Of a stretch of 64,000 nucleotides of DNA, positions 32,126-41,625 are shown one piece after another. Location: the IMG/VR virus record IMGVR_UViG_3300043409_001074; one strand, written 5' to 3'. The notes under the pieces are model-generated. The model did no database searches and was not told the DNA's origin. It worked only from the letters and a program-made list of their open reading frames with translations. Position numbers and translations under genes: made by a program. Position 1 is the stretch's first letter. Each line of letters begins with the position of its first letter. The DNA is from an uncultured virus (IMG/VR IMGVR_UViG_3300043409_001074). Taxonomy: Duplodnaviria > Heunggongvirae > Uroviricota > Caudoviricetes.

Positions 32126-32640
32126 TTCTCTTTCTTAAATATACTATTAAAAAATAAAATATCTTCATATAATTGTTGGGTTAAATCTCGATCATTAATA
32201 ATAATTTCATTTAGAATATCAAGAAAGGTGATTTCATCACCAATACTTTGTCTTTCAATCTCCCTATAACTGCTACACATATTTGTAAAAATTTTATTAT
32301 AATATGGGTTAATAATATCAATTATGTGCCCTACTATCATTAAAGTATTCGTATCATTGCGAGATAGATATGAATAATCCACATTATTATCTGCTTCAAA
32401 TTTTAATGATGTAATACACCGCCAGACATTTCCCATATAAATATGATCTTCTTTTACAATCATAGTATCAAAGAACATTACATGATGATAGGTTTTTAGT
32501 GTAATTCTATTTACGATATACATTATATTAGAAATATATTTACTGGAAAATGCCATATCTTCGGGAATGATTTTATTATTCAATAAATATCGAATGACAT
32601 TATCAATTTTATTTAGATTATCATCAGTATATTTAACCAT
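32122..32640 (-). CDS. Hypothetical protein, possibly a degenerate Panacea/SocA (DUF4065) domain
   Basis: Spacing of VIRYLL...IMYIVNRITLKTYHHVMFFD...DYSYLSRND resembles DUF4065, but the GPV motif is absent. Confidence 0.4.
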   Translation of the reverse strand: MVKYTDDNLNKIDNVIRYLLNNKIIPEDMAFSSKYISNIMYIVNRITLKTYHHVMFFDTMIVKEDHIYMGNVWRCITSLKFEADNNVDYSYLSRNDTNTLMIVGHIIDIINPYYNKIFTNMCSSYREIERQSIGDEITFLDILNEIIINDRDLTQQLYEDILFFNSIFKKEK

Positions 32641-32744
32641 TATTAAAACTTGCCCCTATAATAAGTAACCCGATAATGAGTAAGAATACGGCATAGATAA
32701 ATGCCACAGCATTTTCATATTTATTCAGTTCATTGAATATTTTC

Positions 32745-33398
32745 TTACCATTCAACATCAATATATCCTAACTCAGCCAGAGAATTAAATTCTGTTCCAT
32801 TAACTACAGTATTATTTTGAATATGCCAATGTCCATGAATCCACATCTTAGGTTTATTAATATCCCAAATCATTTGTAGAGCATGTCGAGTAACACTGTT
32901 CCAATCAGAAAAATTCCTATAATCTCTATCTAAATTATAACAAAATGATTCTGGACAATCATGAGATATTACAATATCCAGAGGTTTCTTTATTTTTTCA
33001 ACTTTCTTAATAATTTTATTCAATTCTTTATATGATAGTTGTTCATCTGGCCACCATGATACGCCTTCTAATCGTCTTTCTCTATCAATAGAAAATGCTC
33101 CACCAATAAATAAGCATGATTTCTTATCTGCTGTGGTATGATCTGCAAATCCGGTAGTCAGTCTACCATCTGGTATCCATTTGACATATGGGCTATCTTT
33201 ATATTGTTTACATACATCGGGACTATCATGGTTTCCGCGAATGAAATAATGTTTACCTTTAAGATTAATTAATTCTCTATATTTAATATCAAATCCCATA
33301 CCGAAATCGCCAACTTGAATAGATTTTCCATCTGGGCTATCGTTGGCGATTTTTACATATTCAGAAACTTTTCCATGAATATCTCCAATAAATCTCAA
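32745..33398 (-). CDS. Calcineurin-like metallophosphoesterase
   Basis: GDIHG, QVGDFG, RGNHD, SHDCP, HGHWH. Confidence 0.92.
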   Translation of the reverse strand: MRFIGDIHGKVSEYVKIANDSPDGKSIQVGDFGMGFDIKYRELINLKGKHYFIRGNHDSPDVCKQYKDSPYVKWIPDGRLTTGFADHTTADKKSCLFIGGAFSIDRERRLEGVSWWPDEQLSYKELNKIIKKVEKIKKPLDIVISHDCPESFCYNLDRDYRNFSDWNSVTRHALQMIWDINKPKMWIHGHWHIQNNTVVNGTEFNSLAELGYIDVEW

Positions 33399-33527
33399 TA
33401 TACTCTTCCTTTTTAAATATTAGATTGATAAATATGTATAACATATACAGATCGCAAACTTAATGCGACGATCATAATTACTTTTTAGGGGAAAATCGTC
33501 ATTCCCCTAATTTTTTAGGAGTATACC

Positions 33528-34046
33528 ATGTCAGCCTTAGATAGTCAACCCACAAATTATAATTTCTTATCATCAACCGGGTTTACATTTTTCGTAAAGA
33601 AACTTCCCACTACTAATTTCTTCACTGAGAGTGTGAATATTCCCGGAAAAAGAATTACATTGGCCCAACAATCTACACCTTTTATTAACATTAATGTAAA
33701 TGGAAATAAAATGGTTTATAATGATTTGACTGTTACATTCATAGTAGACGAGGATTTAGAAAATTATCTAGAAATTTCTAATTGGCTAGATGGTTTAGGT
33801 GGTCCAGAGAGTTATGCACAAAGGGCAGAATTGATTAGTAAAAATTGGAAGGGTGAAGGTAAGGAATCTGATTGTATTATTAATATTTTAACTAATACTA
33901 AAAATCCTAATGTGCGGGTTACTATTCTAGATGCATTTCCCACGTCATTATCAGATTTTGTTCTTTCATCAACTCAAACATCAGAGGAACATGTTGTTGC
34001 AACTGCGACATTTAAATATAAAAACATAAAAATTGAAGGAGTATAA
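33528..34046 (+). CDS. gp3: Tail completion / sheath stabiliser gp3
   Basis: NFLS.TGF.F, L.VTFIVDEDLENYLEI.NW, DAFP.SLS; ATAAATA late motif at 33428-33434. Confidence 0.9.
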   Translation: MSALDSQPTNYNFLSSTGFTFFVKKLPTTNFFTESVNIPGKRITLAQQSTPFININVNGNKMVYNDLTVTFIVDEDLENYLEISNWLDGLGGPESYAQRAELISKNWKGEGKESDCIINILTNTKNPNVRVTILDAFPTSLSDFVLSSTQTSEEHVVATATFKYKNIKIEGV

Positions 34047-34048
34047 GA

Positions 34049-34486
34049 ATGAAATTAGATGATATTATTACATTATGGGAAGAAGACACTAAAATAAATG
34101 TAGAAGATATTGGTGGGGAAACATTAAACACTCCAAAATTACATAGTAAATATCTAAAAATATTCGCCAATGAATCTGCATTATTAAAGAAATATAAGAC
34201 AGATCATAAAAAATTATACAGAATTAAATGGGAATATTATCTAGGATTACTTAGTATGGACCAATTGAAAGAATTAAATTGGGAACCATTTCAATATAAA
34301 ATTCTAAAATCTGAATTGCCCATGTATTTAGATGGTGATGAAGATGTATCACAACACCTAATAAAAATGGAACTGCAACAAGAAAAAGTTGGTGTATTGG
34401 ATCAAATTATTAAATCTATTAATAATAGAAATTTTGTATTTAAGAATTATATTGATTGGAAAAAATTTGAGAATGGAGTGAATTAG
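34049..34486 (+). CDS. uvsY: Recombination mediator UvsY
   Basis: W.ED.KI, PKLHSKYL, KWEYY.G, I.NRNF..KN.IDW.KF..G. Confidence 0.93.
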   Translation: MKLDDIITLWEEDTKINVEDIGGETLNTPKLHSKYLKIFANESALLKKYKTDHKKLYRIKWEYYLGLLSMDQLKELNWEPFQYKILKSELPMYLDGDEDVSQHLIKMELQQEKVGVLDQIIKSINNRNFVFKNYIDWKKFENGVN

Positions 34487-34488
34487 TT

Positions 34489-35946
34489 ATGACTACACTT
34501 ACTATTAATTATTTTAATGAGGTTTACATAAAAGTTACTTCTGACGAACCTCATGTTGAACAGGAATTATCTGAATTATTAACATATGAAATTCCTGGTA
34601 GTAAATTCATGGCCAGAAAAAATCCAAAATATAAAAATTGGAATGGTAAGATTAAATTATATTCTAAACAAACCAAGAAAATATATTATGGATTATTAGA
34701 TAAAATCATTCAATATGCTGCTGATAATTCATATGACATAGTTAATAATCTTCCTAAATCCGAAGTTAACATGAATGGCAATTCTACTCAGGAATTTATT
34801 GATTACCTAAAACTTCCTGTCACTCCTAGAGATTATCAAATAGCAGCATTCCTAGATTGTGTCAATAGTAATCGCCGCCTAATTGTTAGTCCCACAGGAT
34901 CAGGAAAATCATTATTAATTTATATGTTATCCAGATATTATTTAAAGGGTATTAATGATAATAAAGTATTAATTATCGTTCCAACAACTAATTTAGTAGA
35001 ACAGATGGCCGGAGATTTTCTGAATTATGGATATAAAGAAAATGTTCATAAAATCTATTCTGGTAAGGAAAAAAATACTGACGATACTATAACTGTATCC
35101 ACATGGCAATCACTACAGAATATTGATCCTGAATGGTTCAAGCAGTTTAGCGTGGTGTTTTTCGATGAGGCGCATACCTGTAAATCACGGGTTCTAAGCT
35201 CCATACTTTGCTCTCTGGTGGCCTGTAAGTATCGCTTTGGGTTTACTGGCACCCTCCAATCAGAGGAAGTAAATATATTAGTATTAGAGGGATTATTCAA
35301 TACTCACAATAAAGTTATCAGTAGTAAAGAATTAATGGATCGGGGGGAATTAGCTAATTTATCAATTGATATTATAATGCTTAATTATGATGATATCACT
35401 AAAAAAATGGCCAAGGATTTTGAATATCAGGATGAAATCAATTTTTTAATTTCTCATAGGAAAAGAAATTCGTTTATATCTGGATTAGTTCAATCTCTGA
35501 AGGGTAATACTTTAGTATTATTTAATAGGGTAGATGGCCATGGAAAATTACTATTTGACTTATTAAAAGATAAGATGGAAAATGTATATTTTCTTCATGG
35601 AAAGGTTGACGTTAAAGATAGACATGGGACTATACAGAAGGTTGACAATCTTGAAAATTCTGTTATAATAGCCTCATATGGAGTATTTCAATTGGGTATT
35701 AATATTCCTAATTTGAATAATGCAATTTTTGCAAGTCCATCTAAATCTAAAATTAGAAATCTTCAATCAATCGGAAGAATTCTTCGTATATCTTCAAAGA
35801 AGAATAGTGCTAAATTATACGATATAGCCGATAATTTAGTCTATAAAGGTAAGAATAATTTTACATTAAACCATTTGTTTGAAAGGGTTAAAATTTACAA
35901 TGACGAAGAATTTAAATATCGAACCCACCAATACACCATTGGATGA
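34489..35946 (+). CDS. uvsW: SF2 DNA helicase UvsW
   Basis: PRDYQ, SPTGSGKS, IIVPT..LVEQM, DEAH, TGT, QSIGRILR. Confidence 0.97.
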   Translation: MTTLTINYFNEVYIKVTSDEPHVEQELSELLTYEIPGSKFMARKNPKYKNWNGKIKLYSKQTKKIYYGLLDKIIQYAADNSYDIVNNLPKSEVNMNGNSTQEFIDYLKLPVTPRDYQIAAFLDCVNSNRRLIVSPTGSGKSLLIYMLSRYYLKGINDNKVLIIVPTTNLVEQMAGDFLNYGYKENVHKIYSGKEKNTDDTITVSTWQSLQNIDPEWFKQFSVVFFDEAHTCKSRVLSSILCSLVACKYRFGFTGTLQSEEVNILVLEGLFNTHNKVISSKELMDRGELANLSIDIIMLNYDDITKKMAKDFEYQDEINFLISHRKRNSFISGLVQSLKGNTLVLFNRVDGHGKLLFDLLKDKMENVYFLHGKVDVKDRHGTIQKVDNLENSVIIASYGVFQLGINIPNLNNAIFASPSKSKIRNLQSIGRILRISSKKNSAKLYDIADNLVYKGKNNFTLNHLFERVKIYNDEEFKYRTHQYTIG

Positions 35947-36394
35947 TATTGATGGAATTGATGGAATTGATGGAATTGATGATATGGAACAGATAGAGGA
36001 TACCAATGAGGAATCTGGCGAGGAATCTGGCGAGGAATCTGGCGATGAGGAAAATACTGAACAATTAACAGATTTTCTATTTGCTCCTATGGTCGTTAAA
36101 TTGATGTGTGGCGATGAATTATTGGTTAGTAATTTATCACGAAACGGTAATTATATGATGGCAATTAATCCATACGTAGTTACTCGACAGATTATTAATA
36201 ATACTCCTGCATTATTTCTATTGAAGTGGATGCCATATACTTTAACTAGAACTTTTCTATTCAGCCCGACATCAATTCTAACTGTCAATATGCCCAATCA
36301 AGAAATATTATCACATTATAAAACTTGTCTAGAAGAGGAAACTATGGATGAATCTCAAATCACAACAAATAACTACTCCCACACGATTAACTAA
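35879..36394 (+). CDS. Conserved hypothetical protein between uvsW and gp55; true start probably near 35939-35984
   Basis: VKL..GDEL...INP...KWMPY pattern; acidic N-terminus built from GATGGAATT x3 and GAGGAATCTGGC x3 micro-repeats. Confidence 0.65.
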   Translation: MKGLKFTMTKNLNIEPTNTPLDDIDGIDGIDGIDDMEQIEDTNEESGEESGEESGDEENTEQLTDFLFAPMVVKLMCGDELLVSNLSRNGNYMMAINPYVVTRQIINNTPALFLLKWMPYTLTRTFLFSPTSILTVNMPNQEILSHYKTCLEEETMDESQITTNNYSHTIN

Positions 36395-36896
36395 ACCTAG
36401 AAATCACTATATCAATAATAAAAAATTTCTAGAGGCATTTATTAAATATCAAAATGACATTAAAGAGTGTCAGGAAAATAATCTTAACGTTCCACCTATT
36501 CCCAATTATATTGGGGAATGCATTTTACTATTAGCGAATAAGTTAGCACAGAAGTCTAATTTCTGTAATTATCCGTTTAAGGAAGAAATGATATCTGATG
36601 GAATAGAGAATGTTTTTCTATATTTGCATAGTTTCAATCCTGAGAAATATGATAATCCGTTTGCATATTTCACTGAAATCATTAAAAATGCATTCATCAG
36701 ACGAATCCAAAAAGAGAGAAAGCAAACGTATATCATTCATAAGATAACGGAATTTCAGACATATTCAAATTTGAGAAGTGAAAATCCCTCTGAAATGAAT
36801 GACGATGATTTTGTCGAGACTTATGAGAATATGTTAAGTGAAAAGAGACGAAAGGCAAAAGAACGTCAGAATGAAAAAAAGATGCAAGAATGTTAA
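36348..36896 (+). CDS. gp55: Late transcription sigma factor
   Basis: HYINNK.FL, YIGEC, NF.NYPFKEEMISDGIEN, FNPEK..NPFAYFT.II..AFIRRI.KE. Confidence 0.97.
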   Translation: MNLKSQQITTPTRLTKPRNHYINNKKFLEAFIKYQNDIKECQENNLNVPPIPNYIGECILLLANKLAQKSNFCNYPFKEEMISDGIENVFLYLHSFNPEKYDNPFAYFTEIIKNAFIRRIQKERKQTYIIHKITEFQTYSNLRSENPSEMNDDDFVETYENMLSEKRRKAKERQNEKKMQEC

Positions 36897-36904
36897 AATA
36901 GTTC

Positions 36905-36933
36905 TTGACACCATCTTTTTTAAGTTGTATACT
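36905..36933 (+). promoter_or_regulatory. Sigma70-type promoter
   Basis: TTGACA-17 nt-TATACT with TG extension. Confidence 0.85.
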
Positions 36934-36973
36934 AAACTGTGGTTTTATGAATAAGAATAAGGAATAACTGTTA

Positions 36974-37186
36974 ATGACTATAATCAATAAGGAAATGGGT
37001 AACATTCCACCTATCATTGGACAATATGTTTCTAACATGTTTGATACAACAATACGTGAGCATGTTAGAGATAATTATCGTGATAACATACATTCTGTAT
37101 TAGAATTATGTCAGGAAGCTCTTAAAGAGTATGATAAGAAGAAATCACATAATAGAATCTTTGGTAATAACAAGAATCGAAAATAA
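36974..37186 (+). CDS. Hypothetical protein
   Basis: ORF with AAGGA RBS after promoter; RDNYR..I..V.E.C..AL..Y pattern. Confidence 0.65.
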   Translation: MTIINKEMGNIPPIIGQYVSNMFDTTIREHVRDNYRDNIHSVLELCQEALKEYDKKKSHNRIFGNNKNRK

Positions 37187-37187
37187 T

Positions 37188-38255
37188 ATGGCTAATGAAA
37201 ATAAAATAGCTATTCTAGGTGATCTTCATTGGGGTGCTAGATCGGATAGTATTCATATTATCAATCACTTCAATAATTTCTTTAGTAAAGTATTCTTCCC
37301 TGAATTAGATAGACGTGGTATTACTAAGGTCATTCAATGTGGTGATCTAGTTGATAGACGTAAATTTATCAACATTAATACTGCTCATGCTATTCATGAA
37401 TATTTTACCAAGGAAATAGAGAAAAGAAATATTTCCCTGGATATTGTTATTGGTAATCATGATACCTTCTATAAGGGAACGAATAGTGTTAATGCATTAA
37501 ACATTCTCTATAGAAATGCTCCTGATAATATCAAATATTATTCATCACCAGCGGAAGTTATTATTCAGGATAAACGATTTTTATATGTTCCCTGGATTTG
37601 TGATGATAATGAACAATTATCTTATGAGTATATTCATAATTCTAAATCTGACTATATGATTGGTCATTTGGAATTATCTGGATTTGAAATGAATAAAGAT
37701 AATTTTTCCGAGGAAGGTATGTCACATAGAATACTCAGTAAATTTAAACAAGTATTCACTGGACATTATCATCATAAATCAACAATTGATAATATCACAT
37801 ATGTTGGAACTCCATATGAAATAGTATGGTCTGATTATGACGATCCACGGGGATTTATTATATTAGATTTGGATACTGGGGAAACAGAGTTTGTTCAAAA
37901 TCCTTATTCATTATTTCATCGAATAATCTATGATGAGAAAATTATTAATAATGCAACATTTCCATATGAAAAATATAAAAACACCTATGTAAAAATTGCC
38001 GTAGTTAGTAATAAGAAAAAACATAAGTTAGATGAATTTCTTGATAACTTCAATAAAGTAGAAACAATTGATCTACAGGTTATTGATGAAAGTGTATTAT
38101 TAGATACTGATGTAAATGTTGATATGGAACAGATAGAAGATACCTATACCATAATAAACAATTACGTAGATAAAATTGAGATAGAAGATAAATCATTGGT
38201 TAAACAAGAGTTAATCAATCTGTATAATGAAGCAATTCAATTGAATAAGGAATAA
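37188..38255 (+). CDS. gp47: Recombination endonuclease subunit (Mre11/SbcD-like)
   Basis: GDLHWG, GDLVDRRK, GNHD, GHLE, GHYH, GTPYE..WSD. Confidence 0.97.
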   Translation: MANENKIAILGDLHWGARSDSIHIINHFNNFFSKVFFPELDRRGITKVIQCGDLVDRRKFININTAHAIHEYFTKEIEKRNISLDIVIGNHDTFYKGTNSVNALNILYRNAPDNIKYYSSPAEVIIQDKRFLYVPWICDDNEQLSYEYIHNSKSDYMIGHLELSGFEMNKDNFSEEGMSHRILSKFKQVFTGHYHHKSTIDNITYVGTPYEIVWSDYDDPRGFIILDLDTGETEFVQNPYSLFHRIIYDEKIINNATFPYEKYKNTYVKIAVVSNKKKHKLDEFLDNFNKVETIDLQVIDESVLLDTDVNVDMEQIEDTYTIINNYVDKIEIEDKSLVKQELINLYNEAIQLNKE

Positions 38256-38258
38256 TAT

Positions 38259-40424
38259 ATGCACATTAATTTTGAGAAAATAAAATTTAAGAATTTTCTC
38301 AGTTCTGGCAATACCTTCACTGAAATTTATCTTAATAAAAACAAACATACATTAATTGTTGGTAAAAATGGTAATGGTAAATGTGTGAGAAAATCTACAA
38401 AAATAGATATTAAATTTAAAAATGCAGAAACGGAGAATAAATTTAAGAATTATATTAAGATAAAAATGAAAGCAGAAGTGTATGATATAGTAGAATTTTA
38501 TAATACGTTCCCCGAAGAAATAGGAAATGTATTAGTAGAGACACAATATGGATATAAAGAAATAGAATTTGCAGATGTTACCTCATATGATAGTAGTATA
38601 TTAAAAATAACATTAATAAGTGGTTTATTTATTGAGGTATCTGAGGATCATTTGTTATTTACAGAGCATGGATGGAAATCTGCGAAAAATTTAATATTGC
38701 ATGATAATATAAAAACAAAATATGGATATTCAGCAATTTCAAAATTAGAGATACTACCTGAAAAAGAAGATTTATATGATCTTCAGGTTGACGGGAAAGA
38801 ATATTATGCAAATGAAATTGTATCTCATAATTCATTATTAATTGAGACTATTTGTTTTGCATTATTCAATAAACCATATCGCAATATCAATAAACCTCAA
38901 TTAGTAAATTCCATCAATGGAAAAAATATGATTGTTGAATTGTATTTTGATATTGGTAATGACAAATATATCATTAAACGTGGAATGAAACCAGTAGTAT
39001 TTGAAATTATTAAAAATGGAGTAATAATAAATCAGGAGGCTGATAGTAGAGATTATCAGGAATATCTGGAAGAGAATATTATTAAATTACGTCATAAGTC
39101 TTTCACACAGACATCTATTATGGGAACGGCATCATTTGTTCCATTCATGCAATTATCATTGAATAATAGACGTTTGTTTATGGAGGATTTATTAGATCAA
39201 CAGATATTCACAACAATGAATATCATTCTGAAAACGAAATTAAGTGATGTTAAAACTAATCAGTCTGAGTTAAATAATCAGATAATCATTCTAGATGAAA
39301 AAATTAGTATTCATGAGAATTATATTAAACAACTCAATACTGATGAAACAGGTAAGATAAATTCTATTAGAGAAAAAATAGATGGATATAAGAATAACAT
39401 AGTTACATTACAACAAAATATATCTGAGTTAGAATTATCAATATCAGAGTTAGAGAAATCAAAGTTAGATATTAATAACTTAAATGAGGAAATATCAGAA
39501 TTAAACAAATTCAATAATAAATTCAACAATAAAAAATCCAGACTTAATGAGGAAATTACATTTTTCAATGATAATGATGTATGCCCTACATGTAGACAAA
39601 ACATTACGAATGAATTTAAATCTGATACAATAGAAAAACATACTAACTGTGTAAGTGAATTAAATATTAATCTACAGAAGATCGAGAAAAAATTAAAAGC
39701 TAAGAATAAAAAATTAGAAAACAATAACAAAATTCTTCATGAGATTAATAAAATAAATAATACAATATCACAACATAGAAACTATATCCTATCTGATGAA
39801 AGAATGGTTTCTAGTCTAGAAAAAGATATTAATAAGATTAATGAAGAGAATAAGGTTGCCTTCTCAGAGGGTGAGTTATATCAGCTTAGAGAAGATAAAA
39901 ATAAATTATTGCAACAAAAGGATACTATTAACAATAAGAAAGATATTTTTGATAATATCAGCGTGTTATTAAAGGATAGTGGAATTAAGGCACAAATTGT
40001 CAAGAAGTATATTCCAGTTATTAATAAACATGTAAATAAATTTCTTGAAAACATGAATTTTTTCATTAACTTTGAGTTAGATGAGCAGTTTAACGAGACG
40101 ATTAAATCTAGATATAGAGATATATTCTCATATGAATCTTTTTCAGAGGGTGAGAAGATGAGGCTTAATTTAGCTCTTATTTTCACATGGAGAATGATTT
40201 CTAAAATGAGAAGTTCCACTACAAGTAATTTAATATTCTTTGACGAAATAATGGATAGTTCACTGGATTATGATGGTATTGATTCATTCTTTAAGATGAT
40301 GGATGAATTAGGCGAGGGAACCAATGTTTTTATTATCAGTCATAAAACAGATATGGTAGACAAGTTTACAAATATAATAAAAGTAGAAAAGGTGAAAAAT
40401 TTCAGTAAATGGATACAACAATGA
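38259..40424 (+). CDS. gp46: Recombination ATPase subunit (Rad50/SbcC-like), intein-containing
   Basis: KNFLSSGN, Walker A GKNGNGK|S interrupted, CPTC zinc hook, SFSEGEKMR signature, FDEIMDSSLD, ISH. Confidence 0.97.
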   Translation: MHINFEKIKFKNFLSSGNTFTEIYLNKNKHTLIVGKNGNGKCVRKSTKIDIKFKNAETENKFKNYIKIKMKAEVYDIVEFYNTFPEEIGNVLVETQYGYKEIEFADVTSYDSSILKITLISGLFIEVSEDHLLFTEHGWKSAKNLILHDNIKTKYGYSAISKLEILPEKEDLYDLQVDGKEYYANEIVSHNSLLIETICFALFNKPYRNINKPQLVNSINGKNMIVELYFDIGNDKYIIKRGMKPVVFEIIKNGVIINQEADSRDYQEYLEENIIKLRHKSFTQTSIMGTASFVPFMQLSLNNRRLFMEDLLDQQIFTTMNIILKTKLSDVKTNQSELNNQIIILDEKISIHENYIKQLNTDETGKINSIREKIDGYKNNIVTLQQNISELELSISELEKSKLDINNLNEEISELNKFNNKFNNKKSRLNEEITFFNDNDVCPTCRQNITNEFKSDTIEKHTNCVSELNINLQKIEKKLKAKNKKLENNNKILHEINKINNTISQHRNYILSDERMVSSLEKDINKINEENKVAFSEGELYQLREDKNKLLQQKDTINNKKDIFDNISVLLKDSGIKAQIVKKYIPVINKHVNKFLENMNFFINFELDEQFNETIKSRYRDIFSYESFSEGEKMRLNLALIFTWRMISKMRSSTTSNLIFFDEIMDSSLDYDGIDSFFKMMDELGEGTNVFIISHKTDMVDKFTNIIKVEKVKNFSKWIQQ
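38382..38831 (+). mobile_element. Mini-intein (150 aa, no endonuclease) in gp46 Walker A
   Basis: Starts Cys after GK; block B-like VSEDHLL; block F-like LYDLQVDG.EYYAN; ends SHN followed by extein Ser. Confidence 0.93.
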
Positions 40425-40897
40425 ATATAGAAAAATACAATAATTTTAATAGTGAGGAAATTATTCAAATTAAGGATACTTTATATAAGGTATTAGAAAA
40501 TAAAGCTGTGCCGGGAGTATCTGCGCCAGAGTTAGGTATTAATTATAGTATTTTCTATGTGAAGAATATTCCAGGTGAGGATTGGATATTTGCCATTAAT
40601 CCTAAGATAGTTAATTATTCTGATCAGATGTCGGTATATCACGAAACCTGTTATTCATATCCAGGAATCAAAGTTAAGATAATCCGTCCATATACGATCA
40701 GGGTAAGGTTTCAGAGTGAGAGTGGGGAAACCATCACTAGACAGTTAGAGGGGCCTGTAGCACGCTTATTTCAGCATGAAATGGTGCATATGGTATCCAA
40801 TGCTGAACCATTCTGGAATGCCGCCAACTTCCTACATAAGAATAAAGCGATAAAAGACTGGAAATCATTATCAAGAAAATTACATAGAGAAACATAG
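40421..40897 (+). CDS. def: Peptide deformylase-like protein, divergent motifs
   Basis: GVSAPELG (motif 1), INPKI, ETCYSYPG (EGCLS-like), FQHEMVH (HExxH); ATGA overlap with gp46 stop. Confidence 0.8.
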   Translation: MNIEKYNNFNSEEIIQIKDTLYKVLENKAVPGVSAPELGINYSIFYVKNIPGEDWIFAINPKIVNYSDQMSVYHETCYSYPGIKVKIIRPYTIRVRFQSESGETITRQLEGPVARLFQHEMVHMVSNAEPFWNAANFLHKNKAIKDWKSLSRKLHRET

Positions 40898-40916
40898 AAA
40901 GAAAAGGAATACTGAT

Positions 40917-41366
40917 ATGACAAACCATTATGATGATTATGAATCATATACTGTAGAAAATGAAGAATATGTCGATTATAGAGATCATCTAAATAAAATA
41001 TTAGATAAACGAACATATGATTTAGAGGTATTGAATAATATTAATCAAGGAGATATTACTCAAGGAGGAATGGTTGGGGGTGTGGCAATAAATCCATTAG
41101 AACAATTTACTACTAGATATTATCCAATGGATAATGAACCTTATAAAGAAAGAGAATTTGTTAATCACCCAGATCATTATAATCCAGGTCCATATGAAGT
41201 AATTAAAATTATTGAGCATTATGATTTAGGATTTCATCTTGGTAATGTTATTAAATATATTCTTCGTGCCGGCGTTAAAAATGGAGATACCTATAATGAA
41301 GATTTGAAGAAGGCATTATGGTATTTACAGAGAAAGATTGACAATAAAGAATCTAATAATGCCTAG
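40917..41366 (+). CDS. DUF3310 family protein
   Basis: VNHPDHY, E.I.II, F.LGNVIKYI.RAG.K, EDLKKA.WYL. Confidence 0.9.
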   Translation: MTNHYDDYESYTVENEEYVDYRDHLNKILDKRTYDLEVLNNINQGDITQGGMVGGVAINPLEQFTTRYYPMDNEPYKEREFVNHPDHYNPGPYEVIKIIEHYDLGFHLGNVIKYILRAGVKNGDTYNEDLKKALWYLQRKIDNKESNNA

Positions 41367-41601
41367 AATGCGAAAACGATGGCCGGATGAAATATATCAT
41401 TCATCTACGACCATCGAGAATATGAGTAAAACCGCCAAGGAACAAGTAGCTAATAAAACAAGAAACCTCACAAGAATGGCTACTTGTGAGGTTTGCGGCG
41501 TAACTATACAGGAAAATATGGTAATACGGTGGCACGGAACAAAATGTGATATGTTAAATTATATTTGGGATTATAAGTCACCTAAATTATTAAAAAAGTA
41601 A
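41359..41601 (+). CDS. Small zinc-finger protein resembling the DNA-binding tail of homing endonucleases
   Basis: TCEVCG......M..RWHG.KC motif. Confidence 0.5.
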   Translation: MPRMRKRWPDEIYHSSTTIENMSKTAKEQVANKTRNLTRMATCEVCGVTIQENMVIRWHGTKCDMLNYIWDYKSPKLLKK

Positions 41602-41625
41602 TTCTACATAGTGTTATTATCCTTA

